Translations under genes and position numbers: made by a program | Notes under the pieces: generated by a model | The model's database searches: none | Told to the model about the DNA's origin: nothing | What the model saw: only the letters and a program-made list of their open reading frames with translations | Shown here: positions 38,639 to 48,700 of the stretch, piece after piece | Position numbering within the stretch: position 1 is the first letter of the stretch | How the letters are laid out: every line of letters begins with the position of its first letter | Source: Patescibacteria group bacterium | Lineage (GTDB): Bacteria; Patescibacteriota; Patescibacteriia; JBDRGY01 | Assembly (NCBI GenBank): GCA_043817315.1 | Contig: JBDRGY010000016.1 | Span: forward strand, 69,445-133,444 | Length of the DNA: 64,000 nt | Direction of reading: 5' to 3'

Positions 38639-40894
38639 TTATTCAAACTTTTCTTCAGTCTTTTCTTCTGTTTCTTCTTCAGTCTCCTCTGCCTGGTTGT
38701 TATTCTCTTCTACTTCCTCGGCAGGGCTGGCTTTTTTTTCCCAAGCTTCTTCTAATATTTCACGCGGTTTGGCACCGTCAGCCGGACCAATAAAACCATG
38801 TTCTTCTAATATATCCAAAACTCTAGCGGCCCTTGCGTAGCCGATTCTCAAGCGGCGTTGCAGCAGAGAGGCCGAAGCCTTTCCAGCTCGCAAGATTACG
38901 TCTTTGGCTTCTTGTAGCAATTCCTCATCTTCTTCTAAATCAAAGTCTTCACTGGATTCGGCCGGGCCTTCTTTTTTGAGTACCTCTTCGTGAAAATCTG
39001 GCTTGGCGCGCTCTGAAATATATTCTACTACTTTTCTAATTTCTTCGTCCGCTAAAAATGCTCCTTGATACCTTCTTGGTTGCGAAATATCCGAAGAGCT
39101 GTAAAGCATGTCTCCACGACCCAGAAGTTTCTCTGCCCCGGAGTGGTCTAAGATAGTCCTGGAGTCAACTAATGAGGCTACGCTAAAAGCTATGCGGGCC
39201 GTAATATTGGCCTTAATCAACCCCGTTATTACATCTACTGACGGTCTCTGGGTGGCAACTATTAAATGAATACCAACTGCTCTGGCCATCTGAGCCAGTC
39301 TGGTTATGGCTGCCTCTACTTCATTGGCTGCTACACTCATCAAATCAGCTAATTCATCGATAACCAACACAATAAAAGGCATTTTCTCCTTGCTGGTGGC
39401 GTTGTAAGAATGGATGTTCCTTTTACCAGCATCTGATAATACTCGGAAACGATTGTCCATCTCTCTGACAATCCATTTTAAAGCATTAACGGTCTTGTCT
39501 GTTTCCGTGATAACCGGGGTCAATAAGTGGGGAAGTTTATTATAAACTGTAAATTCTACTCTCTTGGGATCAACCAGAATGAGTCTCAAGTCATTAGGAC
39601 TGTTTTGATAGAGAAGGCTGATAATAACGGCATTGATGCACACCGACTTTCCGGAACCTGTGGCGCCAGCAATCAAAAGGTGAGGCATGGAATCTAAATT
39701 GGCCATCCGGGACTTACCGGAAACATCTTTACCCAAAGGAATCATCAAACTTGATTTCCTCTTTTTAAAATCCTCTCCTACTAAAACCTCTCTCAGGCCG
39801 ACAATGGCTACTGTCTGGTTGGGGACTTCAATGCCCACTAACGATTTGCCGGGAATGGGCGCTTCTATCCTAAGCGGGTGGGCAGCCAAGGCCAGAGACA
39901 GGTCATTTTGCAAGGTGGTAATCTGCGACAATTTAATTCCCTGGGAGGGCCTTAGAGTATATTGAGTTACAGTCGGACCAACATTAACATCTCCCATCTC
40001 TACTGGTATACCAAAGTTTTCTAGGGTGCGTTTTATTTTTTCTAGATTGGCCCTGATATCACCGCTAGTCGGTTTGGAACCATTACTGTTTAACAAGTGA
40101 ATGGGCAAATCAATCTTGCCAATTTTGTGCTTGTCCCCCGGAAAAATCGCCATTTGTCCCTCGTCATTTTTTTCTTCGGCCACAATAATCGGGCCCTCTT
40201 TTTCCGCCCCATTCTCTGATCCTGCCATCTCTTTTTTCTGAAATTCTGGTTCTGATATACCTTCCCCCTCTTGGGGTAGTTCATCTTTTTTAAACCGGGT
40301 GCTATATCTGATACGGTTAATAAAATCACTAAGGCGGTTAAAAAAGTTTTTTAGAACTCCACCCTTGGCTAAACGGGCTAAGGTGGTATTAAACATGACT
40401 AACAGCGCAATGATCAAAAGTGCGATTAGGACAACCAAGGTGGCCCAACCGCCCATCATCTTCTGCAGAGGCCAAGCCAGAATTAAGCCGAAATAACCGC
40501 CCCCCTTACCCGAGGATATAGCTTCAAGACTCTCTTCGGGCCTATAGGTTAAATGCATCAAGCCAGAATAACTAAGCACCAGCAGGAACAATCCGATATA
40601 ATTTGATGTCCTAACTTGATATTTTTCCGGAAAAAGTAACAAATAGCCCAAAACAGCCAAAAGAATAGGTATAAACACTTTTCCCCAGCCGAAAAGATAA
40701 CGTAAACCGGTATCAATAAAATCCCCCACGCTGCCCGCCACATCCAAGAGACTCAGGAAAAAAATAAATGCCAAGGCGAAAAGGATTATTACGGCAATTC
40801 CTTTTTTGGTTTCAGCTTGTAAGAAAAATTTATCCTCCTTGGGGGAAGATTCATCTGATTTAGGGCGACGTTTTCTGGTGCCTTTTTGGGCCAT
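38639..40894 (-). CDS. ftsK: DNA translocase FtsK
   Basis: N-terminal TM domain, PHLLIAGATGSGKS, IDELADLM, ATQRPS, gamma domain LQRRLRIGYARAAR. Confidence 0.96.
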   Translation of the reverse strand: MAQKGTRKRRPKSDESSPKEDKFFLQAETKKGIAVIILFALAFIFFLSLLDVAGSVGDFIDTGLRYLFGWGKVFIPILLAVLGYLLLFPEKYQVRTSNYIGLFLLVLSYSGLMHLTYRPEESLEAISSGKGGGYFGLILAWPLQKMMGGWATLVVLIALLIIALLVMFNTTLARLAKGGVLKNFFNRLSDFINRIRYSTRFKKDELPQEGEGISEPEFQKKEMAGSENGAEKEGPIIVAEEKNDEGQMAIFPGDKHKIGKIDLPIHLLNSNGSKPTSGDIRANLEKIKRTLENFGIPVEMGDVNVGPTVTQYTLRPSQGIKLSQITTLQNDLSLALAAHPLRIEAPIPGKSLVGIEVPNQTVAIVGLREVLVGEDFKKRKSSLMIPLGKDVSGKSRMANLDSMPHLLIAGATGSGKSVCINAVIISLLYQNSPNDLRLILVDPKRVEFTVYNKLPHLLTPVITETDKTVNALKWIVREMDNRFRVLSDAGKRNIHSYNATSKEKMPFIVLVIDELADLMSVAANEVEAAITRLAQMARAVGIHLIVATQRPSVDVITGLIKANITARIAFSVASLVDSRTILDHSGAEKLLGRGDMLYSSSDISQPRRYQGAFLADEEIRKVVEYISERAKPDFHEEVLKKEGPAESSEDFDLEEDEELLQEAKDVILRAGKASASLLQRRLRIGYARAARVLDILEEHGFIGPADGAKPREILEEAWEKKASPAEEVEENNNQAEETEEETEEKTEEKFE

Positions 40895-40954
40895 AGTTCT
40901 AATATTAAGTTACTACATTTTAGCATTTTTGGTTGCTTTTAGCAAGGTGAAAAC

Positions 40955-40991
40955 AGCCAAAAAAGACGGGTCTACCCCGTCTTTTTTGGCT
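40955..40991 (-). terminator. Terminator closing the peptide cluster
   Basis: AGCCAAAAAAGACGGG-TCTAC-CCCGTCTTTTTTGGCT. Confidence 0.85.
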
Positions 40992-41003
40992 ACTTACTGC
41001 TTT

Positions 41004-41216
41004 TTACCCGCCGGGCGGACCAACCGCTTGGTCAGGTTTGTCCTCGGTGCAGCAAGAATGAGGATGATCTGACCAGCAGGTTTTTATCTGTCCCCAGGTG
41101 GTACAAGTACCGTATCTAACTGGTCTAGCATCAGCCGCTTGAATTTGCAGGGCGACAACTGCGACTATGGCCACCAATAAGCAGGAGGCCATAATAACGA
41201 CATTTCTTTTGCTCAT
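41004..41216 (-). CDS. Small secreted four-Cys peptide 3
   Basis: Signal ending ADA|R; GTCTTWGQIKTCW...CC; SD AGGGGGTGA. Confidence 0.85.
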   Translation of the reverse strand: MSKRNVVIMASCLLVAIVAVVALQIQAADARPVRYGTCTTWGQIKTCWSDHPHSCCTEDKPDQAVGPPGG

Positions 41217-41268
41217 AATCTCACCCCCTCTCCTAAGAGGTTAATATTTAATAATTCACTTAATAAAT

Positions 41269-41469
41269 TTATTGAGGGTCGCCTACCTGGCTTTTAGGCT
41301 CTCCGCAGCAGGTGGCTGGGTTAGAGCCAAAACAGGATTTTATCTCCCCCCAGGTATCACAAGGCCCTTGTGTTTGTGCCCCTCCTCGGGCCTCGGCCAT
41401 CTTAACTCCAACCCCAGTGGCGATTAAAAGTAATGCCAGGCATACGCCCAGAATTATCATTTTTCTCAT
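41269..41469 (-). CDS. Small secreted four-Cys peptide 2
   Basis: Signal ending AEA|R; GPCDTWGEIKSCF...CC; SD AGGGGGTGA. Confidence 0.85.
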   Translation of the reverse strand: MRKMIILGVCLALLLIATGVGVKMAEARGGAQTQGPCDTWGEIKSCFGSNPATCCGEPKSQVGDPQ

Positions 41470-41509
41470 AGACTCACCCCCTTTCTTTGAATCTTTTTAA
41501 TAACTATTT

Positions 41510-41719
41510 TCATTGTGGCTGCTCAATTTCGTCGACTATATGCTGGCAACACGGGTGATCGTTGCCTGGGTCTGCATCAAAACATTTCTTTAGTTCTGAC
41601 CAGGGGATATAACATCCATCAAGGTTATTTATCCTGGCTTCTGAAGTTTTTATTTTTACCCCCAAAATAACCATAGCAATTAGCAAAAAACAAGCGCTAA
41701 TAATAACTGTTTTTTTCAT
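41510..41719 (-). CDS. Small secreted four-Cys peptide 1
   Basis: Signal ending SEA|R; GCYIPWSELKKCF...CC; SD AGGGGGTGA. Confidence 0.85.
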   Translation of the reverse strand: MKKTVIISACFLLIAMVILGVKIKTSEARINNLDGCYIPWSELKKCFDADPGNDHPCCQHIVDEIEQPQ

Positions 41720-41831
41720 AAGCTCACCCCCTTTCGGTAGTCATTTAATGGTAAAACCTCCAATAAGGGCCGCTTGGCGATGAACGTATCACCACCAAGC
41801 GGGACCAATGAAGGTTCTACTCACAAGCTGG

Positions 41832-44753
41832 CTACTTGAGAAGCACCATCTTGCGCGAAGAACACTGTTGCCCTGTCTCCAGCCTATAGAAGTAAACGCC
41901 GGAGGCAACGGCTCTTCCATGGTTATCCCGACCTTGCCAGACCGCAGCCTGCTGACCAGCTTCCTGCTCTTCGTCAACAAGGTTGCAGACCAGTCGGCCC
42001 GCCACATCATAGACATAGAGCTGAACTGGGCCAGCTTGGCTAAGGCTGTAGGCGATGGTGGTAGTCGGATTGAAAGGATTGGGATGGTTGGGCAGCAACC
42101 GGAATGAGAACCCAGCTTCGGTGGCTTCCGCAACCCCGGTAGCGATGTCTTGCCAGCCAATCGGCAGAGTAGGATCACCCAGGATCGAGTACATCCGGAT
42201 CTGGTTATGAGTCTGAGGACACTCCTCGTAGGCCAGCTGCTTTGCTGCCAGCGTGGCCTCACCTAGTGTAGTTTCGTTCCCCATGTAGAGCTCACCCGCC
42301 AGATAACTGAAGATTTTGGAGTTGGTGTACTGATCTGAGATATCTGTAGGCCCCATCCAGGCCCTGGCTCCCTTGCCAGGTGCTGTCAGGAAGTCAGTAG
42401 CCATGTCCAGGCCCCAGCTGGATTCACCTCTGGTGAAATCAGCCATGCCGCAGCAGAAGCCGAAAACGATAGGACTGGTCCAGTTTTCTACCAAGTAAGT
42501 CATGTCGAAGTAGTTATTCCACTTGGTCAGAATAGACCCGTTGCTGATCCGGTTGGCCAAAGTGCTGAAGTAGAACTTGTAGTCGATTCCCGCATTCTGG
42601 ATAGCACAATCTGCATCCCGCCTGGCGGAATAGGAGAAAGGGTCATCCGAATAACGGTAAATCGTGGTACTGGCAGCCAGCTGCGGATCAAACTGACCAT
42701 AGATACTCATGGCCAGCGTCTCGGCATAGGCACCGCGGCAGCCTGACAGATTCCAGTTGCCAATCATCAGACCAGCCTGACAACGACCAGAGCGATCAAG
42801 ATGCCATTCTACAAACTTGTCGGCAACGATCCACAGCTCCTGGAGAGTATTGATTGGCACGCGGCCTACGGCTATGTTTTCTTGTCCATCACCGTCGGTA
42901 TCTCCGTACCAACCATCCCAGGCATAGAGATCATCGTCGCTGTAGTAACAACCGTCCCAGAGTACGTAGTAGCTTTGAATCAGATTCTGCCCTGGGAGCA
43001 GTCGATTGGCATCACCCCACAAAACAACGTGGGTAGGCAAGGGGTCCATAGCCAGAATGTAGTCTTTGATGTCCTGCGGCTGAGAAGTGGTCCCGAAATC
43101 TTCCAGGGCCACGAACTGAACCAGATGACCTTCTAGATACTCCAGGGTATAAACCCAGTAGTCCAAATGGTCAATCCAATCCGCCGGGCAGACACAGAGC
43201 ACATCCGGGTCAGTCAGCCCCCCATCCTTAGGTTCGCCATCTGGTTGCGGAGGTGTCTGATACTTGGGCTGGTAGACAACCGGCTCCACAAGTTCTGGTG
43301 GTTCCGGCCAGCTAGACAGTACCTCGGTGGAAAGATGCTCCAAGACATTCCCGCTTATCTCCATCTCAACAATCTGATAGAGAAAGTCGGGCTGTCCAAC
43401 AACATCACTCCAGTAATACTGGGCCCCTTGACCATCACTGCCCTGATGCCAGATCGGTTCACTGACTGTCTGCCAGGTAAATCCATCATCGAAAGAGCAT
43501 TTAACCTGGAAGTAGTCAGTGTCCTTTTCTGACTCAGTTTCCCAGTAGACGATTACCTGCCCACCTTCTTCTACGGCAGTCACTCCCAGCACTGATGCAG
43601 CTGGCGGTTCACCGTATTCGGAATAGTAGGCGGTTACGTAATCGTCATGGCTGGGGGGTCGGCAGTTTTTGCCGCTGTAAAACGGCGGTTGACCAAGGGG
43701 GTCAGTGTTGCCGTTAAGATAGCGGTCTTCACTATTTCTGCCTTTGACCTTGTCCCAGTTGACCCAACGAGGAAACTCACCGTAGGCGTGTACCCGGATG
43801 TCGTATTCCAGCTTGGTGTCGGAGTCTTTCAGCTCAATGTTTTCCAGCTCGGCATAGATTGAGGGCATACCAAGGATATCTTCTATGTTATCCTCTGCCT
43901 CAATCGGCGTGTCGAACTCGACATAGGCATCGTTGAAGCTGGATGACTGAAAGACGTAACCGGAATCCGGATAAACCGCACAAACAGCTGGAAACAACAC
44001 TGTATTGTCGTGGCCAACTATAGACCAGGCACCGTTGGTAGAAAACATGTGCTGATAGCCATGTTGAACCGTTCTTTTGGTCCGTCCTCGCTCGGCATTG
44101 AGATAGGTACAGAAGGTATCAATGCTAGCAAAGGCTTGAGTGTTAATCAGCTCTGGACAGTGACCAATGGCAGTGCCTGCTCCCCATTCATCCAGCCAGA
44201 GAGCACTAAAACAGTATTCGGCCAAGACAATAGACCGTTCATCCCCGGCAAAATCCCGACAGATATGAGGCCTAACTCCAATGCCATAATATCCTGTATA
44301 CCCGAAGTAGGCAGGATAAATGTCATCGGGGTAGCTGTATTGACCCCTTCTGACGTAGCGAATCAGGGCAGAGTCCCGGTCAGCCGAATGTCTGTAGGCT
44401 TCGATCATTAAACCATCAGGGCCATTGGCATCATTCTCGGTGCCGTGTGAAGAGATGGCCAGAATGGAAATCCCAGGCGTGCTGATCACGCTTCTGAAAT
44501 CAGCGATGGAGAACCGGGGAATGGTGTCAGGAGCCGGAGAGGTAACGTAGTACTTTTCCATGTCCAGATGGCTTTCTGTTTCCATCCGGTCAAAGGGAGC
44601 ACTATCGTCACCAAACTGAAACTCCCAAAGCAACAGATTAACCACTGTGCTGGTGTGCACTGTCCGATACTGATCAATGCGCTGCCAGGCTACATTGACC
44701 ACGGGTATCAGTAGCAGTCCTACCAACATGATTGTTGTGATTCTCTCTTTCAT
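41832..44753 (-). CDS. Secreted gingipain-like (peptidase C25) protein with C-terminal FlgD-Ig/T9SS type A sorting domain
   Basis: HVVLWGDA, D.WYGDTDGDG..NIAVGRVP, GFCCGMADF, YSILGDP; tail PNHPNPFNPTTTIAY...YDVAGRLV...ASGVYFYRL...RKMVLLK. ATG 44753 follows a GGGGGG SD. Confidence 0.85.
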   Translation of the reverse strand: MKERITTIMLVGLLLIPVVNVAWQRIDQYRTVHTSTVVNLLLWEFQFGDDSAPFDRMETESHLDMEKYYVTSPAPDTIPRFSIADFRSVISTPGISILAISSHGTENDANGPDGLMIEAYRHSADRDSALIRYVRRGQYSYPDDIYPAYFGYTGYYGIGVRPHICRDFAGDERSIVLAEYCFSALWLDEWGAGTAIGHCPELINTQAFASIDTFCTYLNAERGRTKRTVQHGYQHMFSTNGAWSIVGHDNTVLFPAVCAVYPDSGYVFQSSSFNDAYVEFDTPIEAEDNIEDILGMPSIYAELENIELKDSDTKLEYDIRVHAYGEFPRWVNWDKVKGRNSEDRYLNGNTDPLGQPPFYSGKNCRPPSHDDYVTAYYSEYGEPPAASVLGVTAVEEGGQVIVYWETESEKDTDYFQVKCSFDDGFTWQTVSEPIWHQGSDGQGAQYYWSDVVGQPDFLYQIVEMEISGNVLEHLSTEVLSSWPEPPELVEPVVYQPKYQTPPQPDGEPKDGGLTDPDVLCVCPADWIDHLDYWVYTLEYLEGHLVQFVALEDFGTTSQPQDIKDYILAMDPLPTHVVLWGDANRLLPGQNLIQSYYVLWDGCYYSDDDLYAWDGWYGDTDGDGQENIAVGRVPINTLQELWIVADKFVEWHLDRSGRCQAGLMIGNWNLSGCRGAYAETLAMSIYGQFDPQLAASTTIYRYSDDPFSYSARRDADCAIQNAGIDYKFYFSTLANRISNGSILTKWNNYFDMTYLVENWTSPIVFGFCCGMADFTRGESSWGLDMATDFLTAPGKGARAWMGPTDISDQYTNSKIFSYLAGELYMGNETTLGEATLAAKQLAYEECPQTHNQIRMYSILGDPTLPIGWQDIATGVAEATEAGFSFRLLPNHPNPFNPTTTIAYSLSQAGPVQLYVYDVAGRLVCNLVDEEQEAGQQAAVWQGRDNHGRAVASGVYFYRLETGQQCSSRKMVLLK

Positions 44754-44766
44754 GGCATCCACCCCC

Positions 44767-45387
44767 CTAATTCGAAGAGTTGGATGGCTGCTCAGTTGCC
44801 TTCTCGGTCACGATCAAGCCGTCCTGGTAGTACACTCTGCGACCTTGCTGCAACAAGCGAGCCAACAACGCCATGCGAGATTTGGCCATAGCTTCGTCTG
44901 TTCTAGTCGGACTAGTCCTGGCCTGGAACACCTTGAGCTTGGGAATAGGAAAGTCCCGTTCCTTAACCTGGATACTTCCATTGTCCAAGACCTTAACCCA
45001 CTCGTAGATGTCAGGGTGCTGGCCATACACTGCGTCAGCAACCTGCTGGGTAATTTCTTTCTTGTCACGACCAGGTTCTGCATCGACCAGCTGCTGGAAC
45101 AGGCTATAGGCCTGATCATCCAGCTGATCCTTGATGTTGACTGAATCGGGCTGTTGCATCTTGGTGTCGCCAAGGGTCGGGTAAATCCTGACTCCATTGA
45201 CGAAGGCCTCGCTCCCCACAACCTTAAGGAAGTAGGGGCCAAGCACTTCCTGCTCACCCTCTTCATCAACTACCACGAACTGACCCGTCTCTATCAAGAG
45301 ACTGTCAGGCAGCGCGGGCGTGTCGTTGGCTACTACAGTCACGGCCATCAGGGCCACGATCATCATTGCGAGACTAAGGTGTCTCAT
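44767..45387 (-). CDS. Secreted hypothetical protein
   Basis: ATG 45387 with SD AAGGAG, signal peptide MRHLSLAMMIVALMAVTVVA; stop lies next to the SD of the C25 gene. Confidence 0.75.
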   Translation of the reverse strand: MRHLSLAMMIVALMAVTVVANDTPALPDSLLIETGQFVVVDEEGEQEVLGPYFLKVVGSEAFVNGVRIYPTLGDTKMQQPDSVNIKDQLDDQAYSLFQQLVDAEPGRDKKEITQQVADAVYGQHPDIYEWVKVLDNGSIQVKERDFPIPKLKVFQARTSPTRTDEAMAKSRMALLARLLQQGRRVYYQDGLIVTEKATEQPSNSSN

Positions 45388-45752
45388 GGTGGTCACGCTC
45401 CTTTCAGGATTACTCCAACTGCCAATTGACCAATCGATCTGTTGCGGCAAGAAAACACCTCCTCTCAACCACGTTAGACGTTTACTGCGCTTTCCTTTCT
45501 TAGAAAACCATGGATTTTCAAGGTACGTATCCAAAAAAAACCTCATATGAGGCTTTCAAGCTATAGTCCGTCTATAACAAGACGTGCCGGTTTCGCTACT
45601 AGCTCCCTGCAGTTCAAGCGACCAGATACAAACTACAGTTCTTAGCCTCACCTTTTGTTTCCGTCGGAATAGCACTTCTGTCAATAGAACTTATCCACAG
45701 GGGTAACAAAAAACCCGATTTCTTAGCACTTTTATCAGGTTTCTTGACTATT

Positions 45753-48700
45753 TTAGGTTGGTTTATAGCCTGTTCCAGCTGGTATTTGACGACCAATAAT
45801 AACATTTTCCTTAAGGCCTCTTAGCCTATCAACTTTGCCTGAAACAGCTGCGTCAATCAGCACCCTGGCTGTCTCCTGGAAAGAGGCGGCAGACAGAAAA
45901 CTCTCGGTTGATAACGAAGCCTTGGTTATGCCCAGCAATAAATTGTCAGCTACTGCTTCTTTCTTATTATCTTTCTGTGCCTTGGCATTGGCAATGACAA
46001 ACTGGGAGCGTTCAACAACTTCTCCAGACAATAATTCAGTTTCGCCGGCATCCCGAATGTAAAAGCGGGAAAACATTTTTCGTATTATTATCTCAATGTG
46101 TTTATCGTTTAACTTCTGTCCTTGGGAAGAATAGATGTATTGAATCTCTTTGATAACGTATTTTTCTACTGCCCCTCTGCCCCTGAGACGATATAAATTG
46201 TGTACATCGATACTGCCTTCGGTTAATTGATCACCGATGTTAACTAGATCACCCTCATTTACCCAGACAGTAAACCTGGTGGGCACCAAACATTCGTTTA
46301 TCTTTTCTTTTTCAATAATTATTTCCAATGAGTTATCTTTTATCTTGACCACACCGCCTGCCTTGGCCACTACTTTTTGATCTTTGGTCTCGTATAGCAA
46401 GTCGTCTTTTTTGACTTCTTGTTTATCTTTTACCCTGAGATTCTTTTTAGCACTCTCCTTTAGCGGATATTGATCTCTGTCAACTTGGGTGTGCCGGATC
46501 TTTATCAGTTTCTGTCTGGTTTTTCCATCTTTGGCTGTTGTTTCTTCGATCGATTCAACTTTGCCATCAACTTCCGAAAGCACGGCTGATTTTTTTACAG
46601 GACGCGCTTCAAATAATTCTTCCACTCGGGGCAAACCTTGGGTAATATCCAAACCTGCTACTCCGCCAGTATGAAAAGTTCTCATGGTCAATTGGGTCCC
46701 TGGTTCTCCAATACTCTGCGCCGCGATAATGCCTACGGCAGCTCCTAGCTCTACCAACTTGTTATAAGCCAAGTCATGCCCGTAGCATTGACGACAGATT
46801 CCTCTTTGAGCCTGACAAGTTAAAACATTGCGGGCTCTGACTTCTTGGGGATCTATTTTCGTTAATTCTTCAGCTATCTTTTCGGTAATCAACTGATTCT
46901 TGTCTACTATCGTTTTCTTGGTTTTGGGGTTAACTATTTTTTCCAGACAAACTCGGCCCACTACCCTCTTTACCAGATTTTCACCCATTTCCTCACTTTC
47001 TTTTTTAGTAAAGACCACCCCTTCTCTATCACCGCAATCATCCAAAGAAATTACCATGTCTTGGGCCACATCAACCAGCCTTCTGGTCAGATAGCCGGCG
47101 TTAGCAGTTCGTAGGGCGGTATCAGCCAATCCTTTTCGGGCTCCATGGGTAGAGATAAAATATTCTAAAACATCAAATCCTTCTTTGAAACTTCCTTTAA
47201 CGGGCAGCTCAATGGTTTCTCCGGCCGGGTTAGTCACCAATCCTTTCATTCCCATCATCTGGGTAATTTGCGGCCAAGAACCTCTGGAACCAGATTCTAC
47301 CATTTGATAAACAGAACCCGATGAATCAAGGGCATTCTTGCTAAGTTGGGTAATCTGGTCTTTGACGGCGGCCCAAACTTCTACTATTTTAATATGTCTC
47401 TCCTCTGCGGTCAGCAGGCCAGTCTCAAAATGACTGTTGATTTCATCAACTTTTTTGTCGCCTTCTTCGACCAGTTTTTTCTTTATTTCCAGGGGGGGTA
47501 AGTCATCCATGCCCCAACTGATACCTGATAGGGTAAGAAATTCCAAACTGACTCTCTTGATCTGGTCCAGAAATTCAGCTGTCTCGGCAGAACTCCATTC
47601 TTGTAAAGTGCGACTAATAATGTCTTTCAGAATCTTTTTATTCATCACCTCATTAATATAGCCAAAAAATGGCGGCAAAATTCTATTGATCAGGACCCTA
47701 CCGCAATTAGTTTCTACTAATTTACCGTTTATTCTAACTTTAATTTTTTGCTGGATAGTTATCTGGCCCAAACGATAAGCCATAATTACTTCGTCAAAAG
47801 AAACAAAGTGTTTAAGCTTATCCTGGTCTCCTTCTTGCAATATAGTCATATTATAACAACCTAAAACAATGTCCTGAGAAGGTGTGGTTACCGGTTCGCC
47901 GGTAGCTGGTTTCAGAAGGTTGTTGGATGATAGCATAATGGTGGCGGCTTCTTTCTTGGCTTCTTCGGTCAGGGGCAGATGCACAGCCATTTGGTCACCA
48001 TCGAAATCGGCATTAAATGGAGCACATATTAGTGGATGAATCTGGATGGCCTTGCCTTCAATCAAAACTGGCTGGAAAGCTTGGATTCCCAAACGATGAA
48101 GGGTGGGGGCCCTATTAAGCAGCACATGAGAGCCTTTGGTTATTTGTTCTAGAATATCCCATACTTCCGGCCGGCCCGATTCGATCAATCTGGTGGCCGA
48201 ACGAACATTGTGAACGAATTCATCTTTGATCAGTCTGCTTATTACAAATGGTTTAAAAAGTTCCAGGGCCATTGTCTTGGGAATGCCGCATTGTCCGATC
48301 TTCAAATAGGGGCCAATAACAATGACAGAACGACCGGAATAATCAACACGCTTACCCAGTAAGTTTTGGCGGAATCTACCTTGTTTGCCTTTTAACATGT
48401 CAGCTAGGGATTTAAGCTGTCTCTTCTGTCCTGTGGAAGCGGTAACTGTTTTACCGTGACGGGCTCCGTTATCAATAAGAGCATCCACTGCCTCCTGCAA
48501 CATTCTCTTTTCATTACGGGTAATAACCTCAGGAGCATTAAGCTCCTTGAGGCGTTTAAGACGATTGTTTCGATTAATAACTCTTCTATACAAATCGTTC
48601 AAATCCGAAGCAGCAAAACGTCCGCCGTCCAGCTGGACCATGGGGCGCAAATCGGGTGGAATAACAGGAACGGTTGTCAAAATCATCCACTCCGGCTTGA

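Larger units (their letters stand above)
40955..45660 (-). other. Accessory island between ftsK and rpoC (secreted protein, C25-like protease, three Cys peptides)
   Basis: Five co-oriented non-housekeeping genes, all with N-terminal hydrophobic signal sequences; 41.8-45.5 kb visibly GC-richer; no integrase or flanking repeats seen. Confidence 0.7.

Noticed and set aside
41004-41719. RiPP (ranthipeptide/lanthipeptide) precursor cluster
   Set aside because: Sec-type signal peptides rather than RiPP leaders, and no adjacent maturase or transporter. The only radical SAM enzyme in the window is Elp3.
45388-45546. N-terminal extension of ORF 44767-45546 (likewise 468-530, 23686-23763, 23764-23835 and 61226-61306)
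   Set aside because: Better starts exist with SD, -10 box or signal peptide support; the extensions cover regulatory DNA or the neighbouring gene.
41789-45550. Many overlapping alternative ORFs within the C25 region
   Set aside because: Expected long shadow frames in GC-richer DNA, with no motifs or SDs.
40955-45750. Prophage, integron or transposon call for the island
   Set aside because: No integrase, transposase, attC sites or flanking direct repeats could be identified.
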